A stretch of 64,000 nucleotides of DNA from assembly GCF_009914755.1 (NCBI RefSeq), contig NC_060928.1; one strand, written 5' to 3'. Made by a program: the position numbers and the translations under genes. Below the pieces are notes generated by a model that did not search any database, was not told the origin of the DNA, and was given only the letters and a program-made list of their open reading frames with translations. The stretch's first letter is position 1. Each line of letters begins with the position of its first letter. The stretch comes from the human T2T-CHM13v2.0 reference genome, Homo sapiens. Positions 63,030 to 64,000 of this stretch are shown one piece after another.

Positions 63030-64000
63030 CAAAACAATCAACAGACTTGACCTAACTGACATTTGTAAAACACTCCACCTAACAACAAAACACACATTCT
63101 TTTCAACTGCACATGAAGAACACTTACAATGATAGAATATATTCTAGGCCATAAAATAAATCCGAATAAATTTAAAATTATCTCATTACAATGGAATTAA
63201 ATTAAAAATAACAATGATCTCTGGAAAATCCTCAAATATTTGAAAACTATATAACACACTTATAAATAAACTATAGACCCAGTAAGACATCAGGAAAGAA
63301 ATTATAAAGTACTCTGAATGGAATGAAAATGGAAACATATCAAAAACTGGAAACGGCCAGGAGTGGTGGCTCACATCTGTATCCCAGCACTCCAGGAGGC
63401 CAAGGAAAGAGGATTGCTTGAACTGAGTTCAAGACCAACATGGGCAACACAGTGACATCCTTGTCTTCAGAAAAAATTGTAATAAACTCTGGCCAGGTGT
63501 GGTGGCTTACACCTGTAATCCTAGCACTTTGGGAGGCTGAGGCAAGTGGATTGCCTGAGCTCAGGAGTTGACGACCAGCCTGGGCAACATAGTGAAACCC
63601 TATCTCTACAAAAAATACAAAAATTAGCCAGGCATGATGGCACGCGCCTGTAATCCCAGCACTTAATAGACTCTGGTGCGAGGATCTCTTGAGCCTGAGA
63701 CGTCGACACTGTGGTGACCCCGTGATTGGGCCACTGCACTAAAGCCTAGGCAACGGAGTGAGACCCAGTCTCAAAAAAATAAAAATAAAAATAAAAAATT
63801 AGCCAGGCATGGTGGCACATGCCTGCAGTCCCAGCTACTCAGGAGGCTGAGGTGGGAGGATCACTTGAGCCTGAGAGGTCAAGGCTGCAATGGGCCATGA
63901 TCACGATACTGTACTGCCTGAGCAGTAGTGAGACCTTGTCTCAAAAAACAAATAAATAAATTATAAACAATTAAAGGGAAGTTTATAGCATGCTTACATT
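63030..64000 (+). mobile_element. L1 endonuclease-region remnant interrupted by a tandem Alu cluster (63355-63960)
   Basis: gacctaactgacatttgtaaaacactccacc; Alu left arm, full Alu and right arm; L1 resumes at ttaaagggaagtttatagca. Confidence 0.82.

Overview
Primate (most likely human) genomic DNA covering the 5' part of the circadian clock gene CLOCK on the minus strand. It holds two non-coding 5'UTR exons (36057-36210, 15518-15609), the start-codon exon (8883-8972) and three more coding exons (5784-5843, 4959-5107, 2107-2198). Spliced, these give residues 1-116: the N-terminus, the bHLH domain and the start of PAS-A. The first exon, the promoter and the rest of the CDS lie outside the window. 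The introns are mostly transposon relics: about 35 Alus, L1/L2/MIR, MaLR LTRs, Tigger1, MER2, Tigger3, Tigger4/MER46, MER1B, MER58, a near full-length piggyBac (Looper-type) element and a Y1 RNA pseudogene. The most notable extras are (i) an intronic array of four nuclear-receptor half-sites spaced by 2 nt that contains a textbook RORE/RevDR2 (19457-19491), (ii) a 5'UTR in which each exon carries its own uORF, one overlapping the annotated start codon, and (iii) several insertion and duplication scars. Most ORF-track entries are spurious or repeat-derived. Repeat subfamilies were assigned by eye and repeat boundaries are approximate.
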